Source: Oopsacas minuta (taxonomy: Eukaryota; Animalia; Porifera). From it: 64,000 nucleotides of DNA. The DNA lies in contig JAKMXF010000022.1 of assembly GCA_024704765.1 (NCBI GenBank), positions 1 through 64,000 of the forward strand, given 5' to 3'. Positions 23,941 to 35,980 of this stretch are shown here, in pieces. The notes beneath the pieces were generated by a model that saw only the letters and a list, made by a program, of their open reading frames with translations, searched no databases and was not told the DNA's origin. The position numbers and the translations under genes are program-made. Position 1 is the stretch's first letter. Every line of letters begins with the position of its first letter.

Positions 23941-26900
23941 CTAAGGTACAGCATTATCTGAAAAGGTGTTTGGAGGGAAAGATGAGTGGTCTTCAAATTG
24001 TTCTGCTTCTTTTGCAAAAGATTCCTTTAATTTCATAATTGCAACCTAAGAAAGAGAGTGAATATTTTATCGTTAGCAATAATATCCATAGTGTGTGTAA
24101 GTAAACTGCAGCTGATTCAACATATAGAACACTAAGGGAATCTGTTCGAGATAACTGAACAACAGTTGTAGAATTTGATAAAACTTACTTTTTCTTGATT
24201 CGTCAAGCCAGAATCTAAAATAAAGTCTAATCAACAGGAATATATTCCAAAGTAGTAGTATTTTGTATTTTTATAATTACCTAAAATTGGAGAACATTGC
24301 ATATGTGAGTGAGGAACTGATATACTCTCTGCGTGACTTAAAGGAAACTAAAAATGACATCATAAAGTAAACATAAATTGTGTAATATTTGCGCATGAGA
24401 AGAAGAGCAATTACAGATAGGAACAGTAATATAAATAACTTACAGTAGCCTCCCAGGTAGTGGGTGTAGACCTAAGAAAAATGAAGTAAAATATTAAATT
24501 GTCAAATAACACAAAGAAACTAAAATCGTATTCACTGTGATTATTAAAGCCTTGTCCCTGTATCTGAATAACAACAGACATGTGGCTATATACTCGAATC
24601 TATAGACACGTGATGTACGTAGTACTGCAGTTATATAAATTAATAATTCCTCGGAATTTCACGTCTGCTATATAACTGGTTGTGACAAATAATTATCGAA
24701 ATTCACAGGGAAATGCAATAGCATTAAACGAGCCATATACAATGCAAGCATGTATTGCATCGTATATAGTGCTAATGGAAGCTCACCAGAGATGCAACAT
24801 TAATGTAAAGTATCTTATCTATTCAGTACTTGAGTTATAAGTAACCAGGGATATGCATAATAAGATAATTATTACTTACATTGTTGTTGGATATGTTGAA
24901 GTGGGAGAGAGTGAGTAGTGCTGGAGGATAAACATAATTATAATCTCATATTAATTCGTTGCATACGGTCGGTACAATTCTCATTTTGAATAACAAAATA
25001 TTAGTTTTAGTTCGAATTATGTAACTAAATGCAAATTAGCTGAATATACATACCTGGGGTAGGTTAGGAGATACCATTGTGTGTACTCCTTGAGGTGTTA
25101 CTATATACAGTATACAGCAGATTCAATAAATAGACATTATTACTAAAATAACAAATGATAACTCACTGGATTGTGGTCTGGACAAAGTGGAATCTATGGA
25201 CAGAGGGGTTCCTGGAATCTACAAGAGAAGAAAACGATTAGACAACAAATAATTATGAACGAATCAAGTATTATTCAATATATCTAATCAACTGTGAAAT
25301 TTAACAGGAATAATTAATTCAGATAGCAAAATATATTCAGCTACGTATAATGTTCAAGAAAAAACTATTTCTTTTCAAGATGACATCGGTGAATCAGAAA
25401 AGGAAAAAGAGATAATTGTTGATACAGCTGTAAGATTTCTGTAATCTAGGGCAGATAAGCAGAGTTGAGCTTCTCCTACTGCTGATACACAATTGCTATG
25501 AGTTCATGCGAGTTAGCAAGCAGTCGAAACAACGATTGAATCTACACAAGATATTTACAGTTTTGTATATTTGTAAATTTTTGCATTGTTGTAACTTCGT
25601 CCTAAGATCAGAATATCACAGATTTTCCAAGGTTTGGAAGCATAGTACAACAAAAATTTGAGGGTTAAGTTGATGGAATTCTACGTACAACTGCACTAAC
25701 AATACAATATTGATAAGAATTTGGTCTGTTTGAGCTAAATACCCAAGTCAGACGATTAGACTATAAAGTTTAAGATTGTAAGAGCAAATAGATAGAAACT
25801 GACTAGGTTTCTGAGATGATAGACTCCCTTACTATATTGTGAAGAATTTGGTGATAAGATGGTACATAAATTGCTATAATCATCATATGACTATCATCCA
25901 GCTTATCAAGATCTGGTAAGTATGTCGATATAACATCAAAGATGAGAGGAATCTCGCATATAAGAAGACTTGTAATGCAGGAAGACTTCCATTTACCCAC
26001 ATAAGCAGAAAGATAAATTGAGAGTTTGCGCAGATGAAGGAATCAACATAATATTTAACAAAGTACAAACATTCCTAATGTGAAACTCTAACAAGTTATT
26101 CTTTTACAAATAATTCACATTTCCCATAAATTAAACAAAGTACAGTTGATTAAGATAGGGTAGTGGGTACCGTTAAAAAGGAGTGAGGGTCAGTACTGGA
26201 TGTGTCCGAATTGAGGCTTGTTGAAGCCTATAAATAGTAGAAAATTATCTCAGAACGACCCGTGACACTCAACAATTTATGAGTTGGTATTTACTCACCA
26301 AGTCTTGAAATGTTCTATTAACCTCAAATCCTTCTGGAGACTCAAGTTTGTGATCTGTTGATGAAGAAAATAGCTCCCAAAATATACTACAGGTCATAAT
26401 ATAAAAACATTCTGATATTACACCACACAATACATACCAATTTAATTATGAAAGTATTATTGTACTTATTAGCTTACCTCCACCACGATATCAGAAAACT
26501 TCTGTTATCTGCAACTGACGGTAAAGATTTGTTCCATGAAGGTTGTATATACTGGAGACATTATGAGAAATAATTGTAAAGCTAATCAAGTAATATTAAG
26601 ATCATGAAAGTCAAAATAAACTAACTTCGTGTACAAATGATTGTGCTGTACTATTTGCTCCAATGAATATTAAATACTCATACACGTATTCAGCTAACCT
26701 AAATAATCAATAGATAGTAAAACGAGAAGATTGCAGATTGTTTTACTTTAATGAAATCTGCAATACTCGCATCTAAATACAGTCTCCTGTAAGATTTCCA
26801 TAATAAACCCTGTATAGCAGTAACCTTAGATAACGCTACATTGGGATGGTCCTTACTCTGCTAGTAGCAGGTTATATTGTAGTTATAAATTCATATATAC

Positions 26901-27262
26901 TTATGATTATGGAGACCTCAATTGGATAATTATTCAAACTGTCTTAGGGAAATATATTCTATCTTGAAAGCTGAATTCCAAACATATTTTAAATAAATAT
27001 CAAGTGGATATAACTCATACAGTGAGAATAGCTAATATTGTAATGACAAAATGCGTATGGGCAAGATTGGATAAAACCACCTGATTTAATATACTAGTGT
27101 TATATGTTCAATACAACTTGTGCACAGAAAGGTAGATGAGATAATTATTAAACAATTGGCTATCTATTTACAATTATATATCAAAGGATGAATAAAACGA
27201 CACAATACCACTCACTTCTCTCTCGATTGTTGTTTCCTGACATTCTGTTTGTGTGTCGCCAT
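23941..27262 (-). CDS. SSBP3: Ssdp/SSBP2-4 family LUFS-domain protein in about 10 or more micro-exons; absent from the ORF track
   Basis: Exons 27262-27216, 26698-26626, 26551-26478 and 26386-26299 splice in phase to MATHKQNVRKQQSREKLAEYVYEYLIFIGANSTAQSFVHEYIQPSWNKSLPSVADNRSFLISWWSIFWELFSS (LisH plus FL.SWW..FW). Further exons at 25218-25167, 25100-25054 and 24920-24880. Last exon 24045-23941 reads VAIMKLKESFAKEAEQFE. Phase between 24880 and 24214 is unresolved, and the symbol indicates family only. Confidence 0.85.
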
Positions 27263-30250
27263 AATATATATCTGTTCAAAACTTTAAAATAATAAATTAT
27301 GGAAATATTGCAATTATTCAGTAACAAAAATACAAATAAAAAGCAGAAAAGACTATTTTATGTGTAATGTCTCGTAATTTTTCAGACAAGTATGAACCCA
27401 AATAAGTTAACCAGGATCCGTAATGAAGCACTCAAACTAACGAAACCTAGTTCTGATACAATATGTATTTATCTGTAGCTGTACTCGTATTGGATCTTAG
27501 ATAGGGTGAGAAATGAACGAGGAGGGAATAGGCATTGACAATTAACACAATACATTGTTATAACCCAAAGTCTCAACAGCAAAATATTCTTATTATTAAG
27601 TATTTTGAGTTTGCACGCAGCGCCAAAGCTATTATCATTTTAATTAGTAACTCCTACAGCAATAGCTTACATTTTCATGTACGCTATAATTCATGCCTCA
27701 ATAAGATTGTCATATGTCATGTGCTAAAGCATAATACCATTTCAAACTTAAATCATGTGCTGTGGATGCAGATATATTATACCGAATATATTACCAGACG
27801 ATGAAGTCAGAACAGTAGCACTATTCGTGAACTACCTAAGTTCATGTATTATATTGTACTTAGTTATCGTATACAGAGTTTCTGAGAAAAGTTGAACATT
27901 TGATAGCTATTGTAAGTATTACACGCCCCAAACACTACGAAGGTGTGGCCATGAACAACTAGAGACAGTGGTCCACTGTAACTGGCTGTTATCTTGATGT
28001 CTGGTCATATCTCAGGAATGGCACAAATACAATATTTCCTACACATCACATGCAATCAATTAACATATATAAATTGCTGTTGTCACAAACAAAAAGTTAC
28101 ATAAAATCCGCTATATTACTTACCTCCTACAATAAAGTGTAAATAGTAGTATATAATCTTGAGAAACAATTTGAAGTCTGAGAAATTCCTTAATTAAAAT
28201 ACCATAAAATCAAGTACTAATTCGTAAATCAAGTGCTACAACATTATTACTATTTATATACAATCTAACCTGTATGTAGAATGTAGTATAGTACATAATC
28301 TTTGAATGGGTTTAGTGAGGGACATACATTCATGTCAAATACAGTCATATGTAGAAGAAGTTGGTATATACGAGGGGCACTCAATAAGCTTTGAGCCTAA
28401 CAATGTTACTGGTTGTTATAACCAAACCATTGCATTATTAGGTTAAACAAGTGGTAAGCTCAAAACTGTGAGTACCCCTCAGACTGAGTGCATCTCAAGA
28501 TGATCTTTAACTAATTATCTAGATTATTCGTCAGAATATAATCTCTGAGGATTATTTTGAATGTTATTGAAAGATGCGAAAAGTGAAATTATGATATATC
28601 ACCAAGTAGGTGAGATTTCATTTGAAGAAAGTCAGACCTCAGGTTTAATTAACATTGTCAAAAAATACATAATTATGGCGCATCAGTTGTCCCTCAACAT
28701 ACGTATATGCAATAACAATAGCTTTGAGGCTAAACTTATTCTCTTTAATATTGTGAGAATAATACAATTAGAAATTTTGAGCTAATATTTGTAGATATAC
28801 TTAGCATCCCAAAATATAAACTTTTGACTCAGGCGTTTTGTTTGATTTTCGTTTAACTAAAAAATTCATTCACTACTTCTCTTAATATCCTCGCAGATTG
28901 TAATGGGATCCAATTTACATTGATTGCTGTGATTTTACAAAGGAATAAGATCTTATAAACTAGTAATTATAAAATAGTCCTCAAAAAGGTAACTCTATGG
29001 GAGAAGAGAACTAAATTAAAGAAATTCAATTATCCTGTAAATTCGCATTCTATTTTTTGCAGATTATTTTGTATCATTTCCCTGTGTCAAGATTTGACCG
29101 TTTTGTAATTCATTAAGGATGTTATTGTCACATCTTGCATACCACCCCCCTTACTCCATCCCTTGGTAGAGTTATGAAACGATCGAATGGCCCCTGAATG
29201 TTATGGATAGTATAAGTAGCTTAGTGATGCCAGATGAGTTAAATATACTGTAACTCCTAAACCAACGTGAAGATAGTTACATAGATAAGGCAAGTGAGCA
29301 TCACCTACACAGCTTTAATATTTATATCAAATAGATAAGCAAACCCAAAGCATTCTATGTACCCAATTATCAGATTAGAGTTATGAATATTCCCTAGCAG
29401 TGAGGTATTTTAAGGGGTGTATCTGGTTAATACAACTGTATGTGATAAGCAATATATGTGAGATTACAAGATAATAAGTAAGTGTTATGTTAACGTAATG
29501 TTAAGATAAGTTATCATACGAGAGTATGGTCTGAGGAATACTTTCAATCTAAATGTCTAACGGACAAATGTAGATAGAAGGATCGTTGACATGTGTAGCA
29601 GACTAGTATGGATAAATGAGTGTAGTGAATGGATACGATAACACAGTACCAAAACGTGTAAATATCTAGAGAAATAGAACCGGGAATTATTCGAATAAAT
29701 TTGAAACCCTAAATATCATTCTTGACCTAGAAAATATTTGCTACAACCTGTAGACAAAGGAAGTGATTTATCCATTCTAGAGCAAAGATTTTTAACCAAT
29801 TCGCATGAATACAAAGATATTATAACACTCAAAAGCTCAATTCAAATATTAGATATTACGTTTCTCATTATGTATACATTCAAGTGATTGAACTTAGTAT
29901 CAGAGGTGACGATTTCTAATTACGTACAAAATTAGAAATTTAAATACCAATAATTAAATTGTTTTATATGAAATTTACATAACATTTTGTAATATTATAA
30001 TATTAATAATGAGCAACATCGTGAACTAACTTAACAGGAATGGTGTCTAATATTCTGTCATCAATCAATCTTCAATTAAATTAATGTTGAACATTGTCTG
30101 TAAAAGTTAATAAATCAGATCTTTCGATTTGAAATCAATGGCAGAGACAAACTAGAAAATTGAATTGATTGGTCAGCAACAATACTCAAAACACAAAAGT
30201 AGTTAATAAGTAGATTAGACAATAATTGGAGACATGATACTCAATGGGGC

Positions 30251-31006
30251 ATGGAGAGGGTCTTAAATTCAGTTAAGCAATTTGGTAGACTATGGAGGAA
30301 GAACAGTAGAGTAAGTCCTATAGAATTGAAAGGTGATTAGTTAGATCTATTGCATTATTGAATAAGATTTCAAATTCAGCTTTTAGGCAAAAGAGTGATC
30401 TTGTCAAGGAAAAAGAGGAAAAAAGTGAAATTTAGCAATAAAGTAAGCTAGATTGCAAATGAATAAGTAATTACCATGGATAATGTGATTAAGATATTCT
30501 AGGAAAAGATTTGGGAAATCCCTACATGGAAATGTTGGAGCCTGATAGACACAGATCTCTGTATAGAATTCACATACGGGCCAGCTAAAGAGCGGATCTT
30601 TATGGGACACAGCAATCATTTAGAAATCTATTGCGTCCTCCCTCCCTGCTCTAAGGAAGAGAATCTACAGGAGTTACAAGATAACATGTTATGGGAGTGT
30701 GTGTATACAAAGAACTTTATGGTATTAGGAAACCAGTCACTAGATGACGTCAAAACTCTACTTAGCATTTTCTTACTGGCATATTGGAGCAAGGCAGAAA
30801 TGGAAATATGTGATATCGTCCTGGCGATACACGAGAGAGGAGTGAAGCTTGGTAATTAGCTAAACATTAATAGATTCTTAGTTGTGATTTTTCTAATTTA
30901 TATATTGTCTATAGGATCTGAGAACTTTGGATACTCTGACCCTCTAAAGAAAAACAGACAGACATACAAAAATCTTGTCACCTACAGACGAGATTCAATC
31001 CTGTAA
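30251..31006 (+). CDS. Uncharacterised 4-exon protein, about 187 aa, with a basic RKKRKKVKF segment
   Basis: Exons 30251-30310, 30380-30442, 30503-30851 and 30915-31006 are all GT-AG, in phase and stop-free. Confidence 0.7.
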
Positions 31007-31168
31007 ATTTCACTCAAGCACTAAACATGTTAACGAACCATTTGTATTTATATTTATTAATTAATCCAGAAAACTGTATTTGATGAAATTACAATAAAAA
31101 GCAATAATAATCAATACCACAACCTGTATATATATTTCTGAATAAAGCACATAATAATCAGCCTTACA

Positions 31169-31987
31169 TTAGGTGTTACAAGCTCCTCCTTCTACGCCAA
31201 CAGGGGTTTCGAATATCTCAATATCTGTAGCAGAATCCTGCACAGGTTTTATTCTAAGTCTCTCTTCTAACTCCACTAATTCCCCTTCTGTGATATCGTA
31301 CCATTCATCTAGCCAAAGCACTGCCTCTTTGTGTCCCTGTAGCAATACGTCTCGTAGCTTACTGTGAATTGTAGATTCCCCTATCGTCTGGAATCCAAAT
31401 ACGTTAACATTAACCTTAATAACTTTGTAGCTACACATAACGGGAGATGAATTGTGAATCCAATCTGGTGCAAACGTACCCCTCCCCGTCTTCTCAGACT
31501 TGAACCCCTTCAGACTACAGGTTGCCTCTTTGGTAGCGTTGGACATCTCATCGTATACCAGATCCAAGTAGACCACTTCCCTCACTGCCAGCTCCTCGGG
31601 ACTAAGGTTAAGTGCGTTATCTACGTTACCCGCGTTGTCTTGATATGTTGTCTGTACTTCTACAGAGATGCGAGAGGTGAAATGGCATGTGAAGTTGGTT
31701 TCGTTGTATATAGGATAATAATTCCAGGAATTTTCAGTTACAAAGAAAGGCTCAGTTGGAAGAAACTTTTGTGTCCATGAAGGGAGGTGTCTAGCCAGAT
31801 GATATCTCTTCTCTTGATGAATACCTGTACCGAACTTTTCGTGTTGACAAGGCTCAGCCCCCACTAGCTCGACACGGTCCCCCTCAATCCCAGCCTCCAG
31901 CTGAGCACGAGCTATCATGTATCTCTGTCCCTTCTTGTACTCACTTACAGATAGAGGCATCAGGATGCGGTACTCACGGATCAACAT
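31169..31987 (-). CDS. PITPNC1: Cytoplasmic phosphatidylinositol transfer protein (RdgB-beta type), intronless
   Basis: MLIREYRILMPL, LPSW, VTE..WNYYP, FKSEKTGRG, MCSYK and W.DEWYD motifs. Confidence 0.88.
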   Translation of the reverse strand: MLIREYRILMPLSVSEYKKGQRYMIARAQLEAGIEGDRVELVGAEPCQHEKFGTGIHQEKRYHLARHLPSWTQKFLPTEPFFVTENSWNYYPIYNETNFTCHFTSRISVEVQTTYQDNAGNVDNALNLSPEELAVREVVYLDLVYDEMSNATKEATCSLKGFKSEKTGRGTFAPDWIHNSSPVMCSYKVIKVNVNVFGFQTIGESTIHSKLRDVLLQGHKEAVLWLDEWYDITEGELVELEERLRIKPVQDSATDIEIFETPVGVEGGACNT

Positions 31988-32220
31988 TATCAATATTCTA
32001 CACTTTATTTATTTGATAGAATGCCTTTTAAGTATTACAGGTTTGATAGCATGCAATATACATAAATACACTTCATATATAATATTGAGATTCAATTCTC
32101 GTAGACTATATCAGTACAATTAACAATTATCAAAAATCATGAAATGTGTCAACCTGGGGGGATTATGTTACCTTAGTGAATATCCAAAAGTTTATAAAGT
32201 AGAGTACAAAGTTAGTAGAG

Positions 32221-32724
32221 TTATACAGCTTTACCATACTTCTCCATTACAAGCTTAGTCTGCATCTTTCTTTGATCTCTCCTCTTCTCCCTCTCCTCTC
32301 CAAGCAACTCCTCGTGTACTTCCTGATTTACAACTTTGATACCCTTACTCCTGTTACAAGCTGCTATGCAGCACAGACATAGAAGGCATGTACATCCACA
32401 GCAAATACAACAAACACATAGACTACTTGCACCGAGGACAATAATTATTCCCAGTCCACTGATAGCGCATGTTCCAATATATGAGTTAGAAAGCTCGCAA
32501 TCATTAACAATCAAACTATTGGATATTGCAGACTTGCACTCAGGATCACACCAATAGCATATCTCTGGAGGTATAGTAGATACGTTACTAGCCCCCATAC
32601 AAGTATCACATGACGTATACTCAGAGCAGGCGTCATAATTTTCATAATCATAAGCGAAGTCTGTGTCTGTGTAGATCAAGCATAATAGAGACAGAAAACA
32701 GAGAGCTGGTAGTAGAAGTCTCAT
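32221..32724 (-). CDS. PTTG1IP-like protein 1 (signal peptide, PSI domain, TM, Cys cluster, basic tail)
   Basis: CSEYTSCDTC..CYWC PSI pattern; tail EREKRRDQRK..MEKYG. Confidence 0.8.
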   Translation of the reverse strand: MRLLLPALCFLSLLCLIYTDTDFAYDYENYDACSEYTSCDTCMGASNVSTIPPEICYWCDPECKSAISNSLIVNDCELSNSYIGTCAISGLGIIIVLGASSLCVCCICCGCTCLLCLCCIAACNRSKGIKVVNQEVHEELLGEEREKRRDQRKMQTKLVMEKYGKAV

Positions 32725-33273
32725 CCTATCAGTAGCTAATAACTCAATATAAGATAATTTATATACATACATATATCATTTTGGTTTCGGAGCGAGCTCT
32801 GTTCAATAATTTTAGGATTATGCATAACAAAACCTAGCCAATCATCAAATATCAGATACTGAAAAGAAGGCAAAACAAACAATATTACCTTAACTGTTAT
32901 AGCTTTCACTCCTCAAATGAATTGTAACAAAGTACATATAATTGGGACAATTTTCAAATGAATTCAAACAGGATACAACAAATAAATTTCTGTTACTTAG
33001 TAATTATGGACTACACTTAATTAGGACAAACTGACTAAACATAACTGTAGCAATAATGTAGAGACAATTGTATAAGTTAACTAAAGTGACGTGATCCCTT
33101 TAGTTAAATAATTCCCAAACTTTCTTGTATCTAATATCTATCAGGAAATCATTAATTAGAGAGTTAAAATAATAAATGAATACTCAATCAATTGCTTCAT
33201 AAAGAAGCATATAGGATAACAGTAGCAAGGTTAATTAATTAACTCAAACAGTTACTTACGTATAGAAGAATAT

Positions 33274-33777
33274 TTATATATTGTAACGGTCTCTAATTTC
33301 GCGATTCCTCTCTTCTCTCATTTTTTGCCGTTCAAAAGTATCTCTGTTTATGAGTCTGGAATACTTATTCAAGGGCCGAGGCTTAGAATCTGTACTTTGT
33401 TTTCCAGTACAACAACAGCAACAACAACAAATTAGAAAAATGAACATACAGCAAGTACAGCAACAAAACAAAGCTAATATGCCTGTAAGAACTATCAGGC
33501 TTAGTAAGTTTAGCGCACACTGTCCTACATAGAACTCACTTAAATCACACTTAGTATTTGAGAATACAGATTCGTAATCCACTGCTAAACAGCTGTTCCC
33601 ACAGAAATAGCATATTAACGACTCATTGAATTTAGTAGTTAACATGCAATCAGTACAACTGCCATTATGTTGACCACAGGTCTGACTCTTTTTGCTATTG
33701 CTCTGGAAATAGGGGGAAACTATTGGAACGGAGATAACTATGAGGATAAGCAGAGAGATAGTGAAGTGTGGCGTCAT
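33274..33777 (-). CDS. PTTG1IP-like protein 2, tandem paralog
   Basis: CGQHNGSCTDC..CYFC PSI pattern, TM, CCCCCC, tail ERNREIRDRYNI. Confidence 0.8.
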   Translation of the reverse strand: MTPHFTISLLILIVISVPIVSPYFQSNSKKSQTCGQHNGSCTDCMLTTKFNESLICYFCGNSCLAVDYESVFSNTKCDLSEFYVGQCALNLLSLIVLTGILALFCCCTCCMFIFLICCCCCCCTGKQSTDSKPRPLNKYSRLINRDTFERQKMREERNREIRDRYNI

Positions 33778-34446
33778 ACTAAGCTAGTATACAGGAGTAA
33801 TGATTAGTCAAATGTGTGTATAATTAGAACTAGAACAAGAAGGATGGCTTTAGCCAAACTTGTATATTTCAGATTTCTGAAATTATTCTATTATAAATTA
33901 CTGCCTTCCATAAACAACCTAGCAAGCGTCTTCGCTAGCATTATACAGTAGGAACACCTCGGAGTAAAGGTATGTCGCAATATCTGAAGTAAATCAAATT
34001 GTATCCGCATTGCCCTCAGTAAAACTCATTAACGATAAATTCTGTTTATTGTAAAAGTTTCTAAATTTGTAGAAATGGAAAGGCCTTATAATAAATACGT
34101 ACTGTACACATACATTCACTGATACACATACTCCGGTATGTGTAGTCACATGATAGGAAGAGTGTAATTATCATATTGCTCCTTAATCTATTTATAAATT
34201 CTTTTCAGAGATAACAGTTCAAAGTTTAAGACGTATAATTATGTAATTCCGCCCAGCTTATAGAATGGATTGAGTATAAAATTCGAGGTGATGTCATAAA
34301 TATTATCTTACAGATTTTTAAATATACACAAATAATACATTAACATTTGAATTGTATGGGAATTAGATAATTACAATATTTCATATAGAACTGATTTAGA
34401 TGTACAAGTCTTTCTACAATTAAACCTAGATAGAGGAATGTACATG

Positions 34447-35391
34447 TCAGATAATAGGAGTATGACTTGTATGTAGCACACTCAGGTCTGTACCTAAGAA
34501 CTGAGCAGTCATCAGGTCCTTACTGAGAGTCACATTCAAGAAGCCTGCATCTTGTCCGAACCAGTTCAGTGTTCTCAATCCCTTTGGATTCGTGACGTAT
34601 GATCTCCCTGTAGCCCCAGCTCCAGATATAAAGTAGTCTATATTGTTATCATTATGATGCTCTAGCTGATGGATATGTCCAGAGAAATAAGCTTGTACGC
34701 TATACTTCTGGATAATCGTATCAACCATATTCATATCTTGTTCTGTGAGAAGGCTAGCTGTTGTACTAGATATTATTGGGTGATGTCCTACCACGAATCT
34801 CCAGTTAGCAGAGGTCGTGTTAAGCACATGCTCCAACCATTCCAGCTGTTGTTTGGGGTCCAGTTTCTTTAAATTGTCAGCCATTTTGGTATTCTCTGGA
34901 TGTTTATAGTAGTCTACGATGATTGGAGATGTGTCTAGGAATACGAACAAAGCCGTGGTCTGCTCATCTACCTGTACAGTTATGTGGTAGGAAGGGGAGG
35001 GAAGGTACCATCTGGGACTCTTTGAGTGGTACAGCAGTTGGGCACTAATGTTGCCCATGTAGTCATGGTTACCGAGTAATGAATAGAATGGAATGTTACG
35101 CAGATAATCGATATAAACAGACTCGAAATATTCCTTCCAGAGGGGATCCTCCAGGTTATTCACGCCCCCCTGTTTCTCTCCATCACTGTCTTTATGTTTG
35201 TAGAAATTGTCTCCTACATTTACGATAAAGTTTGGCTTAGTTATGACTGCATTCTTCATCATTGCCATAGCAACCAACTTTTGTTGTTTGTTTCCCATCC
35301 CCCAATCCCCGAAAACTTGGAAGTGTAGGTCAGATACCGCAGGTCTGAAAGCGAGTTGACACACAAGCAAAGAGAGTAGTATGGAGTACAT
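34447..35391 (-). CDS. ACP5: Secreted purple/tartrate-resistant acid phosphatase (ACP5/PAP17-like)
   Basis: Signal peptide; metallophosphoesterase motifs GDWG, GDNFY, GNHD, VGHH and GHIH. Confidence 0.85.
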   Translation of the reverse strand: MYSILLSLLVCQLAFRPAVSDLHFQVFGDWGMGNKQQKLVAMAMMKNAVITKPNFIVNVGDNFYKHKDSDGEKQGGVNNLEDPLWKEYFESVYIDYLRNIPFYSLLGNHDYMGNISAQLLYHSKSPRWYLPSPSYHITVQVDEQTTALFVFLDTSPIIVDYYKHPENTKMADNLKKLDPKQQLEWLEHVLNTTSANWRFVVGHHPIISSTTASLLTEQDMNMVDTIIQKYSVQAYFSGHIHQLEHHNDNNIDYFISGAGATGRSYVTNPKGLRTLNWFGQDAGFLNVTLSKDLMTAQFLGTDLSVLHTSHTPII

Positions 35392-35573
35392 CTTGCTAAT
35401 GACTCACTAAATACAGTACTGAATTAGTAACTAAATTACTTATCAAACTTATCGTATTATATACATATAGTAGAGCAGTTGAATCTATTGTATGAGACAA
35501 ATGAGTAGCATTAAATGTCCAATATCAAGTACATACATACAAACACGAGCTGCGGTGATAAAATGAAGGACTT

Positions 35574-35813
35574 CTAAGTCTTACCATCAGTGGGAGGAGG
35601 TTGGTTCTTCTCTTTCTGCTCCTCCTCAAACTTTATTTTCTTCTCCTCATAAGTTAAAATATCTTGCCAAGTTATATTCTTGTCAGATATGTAAGCATCA
35701 TTCTTATGTCGCTGTTTGGAAGCTAAGTATTCTCTTCTAGTTACGAAGAGAGCCCCGCCTCCGGCTAGCGTGAGGAGACACCAGCCCAGTAGAGTAGTCT
35801 TCCCAGTGTTCAT
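35574..35813 (-). CDS. Small single-pass membrane protein, DUF4748-like
   Basis: MNT...LLGWCLLTLAGGGALF pattern resembles DUF4748 as I recall it. Confidence 0.55.
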   Translation of the reverse strand: MNTGKTTLLGWCLLTLAGGGALFVTRREYLASKQRHKNDAYISDKNITWQDILTYEEKKIKFEEEQKEKNQPPPTDGKT

Positions 35814-35980
35814 TTGAGCTATTATCAATAACTGATATAATAATATTAACAGATATCCATATATTAGTTAACTGGCATTTTAACTTCAAAGCAGAACATT
35901 GAATCCAATACACACAAGTTTACAACTTATTACACATACAATTATGATACAATACGAATCAGTATAAAATAACAATAGTA

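Noticed and set aside
25370-26070. Possible nested gene in the long Ssdp intron
   Set aside because: Candidate splice sites do not give a stop-free phase-consistent product on either strand.
28371-28481. Mariner-like MITE starting TA-CGAGGGGCACTCAATAAG
   Set aside because: The right TIR is too degenerate and there is no right-hand TA.
27400-30200. Isolated exon-like segments (e.g. minus strand near 28115-28170, plus strand near 27877-27911) and ORFs 27535-27804, 28561-28785
   Set aside because: Could not be chained into a gene by hand; RNA-seq is needed, so a hidden gene is not excluded.
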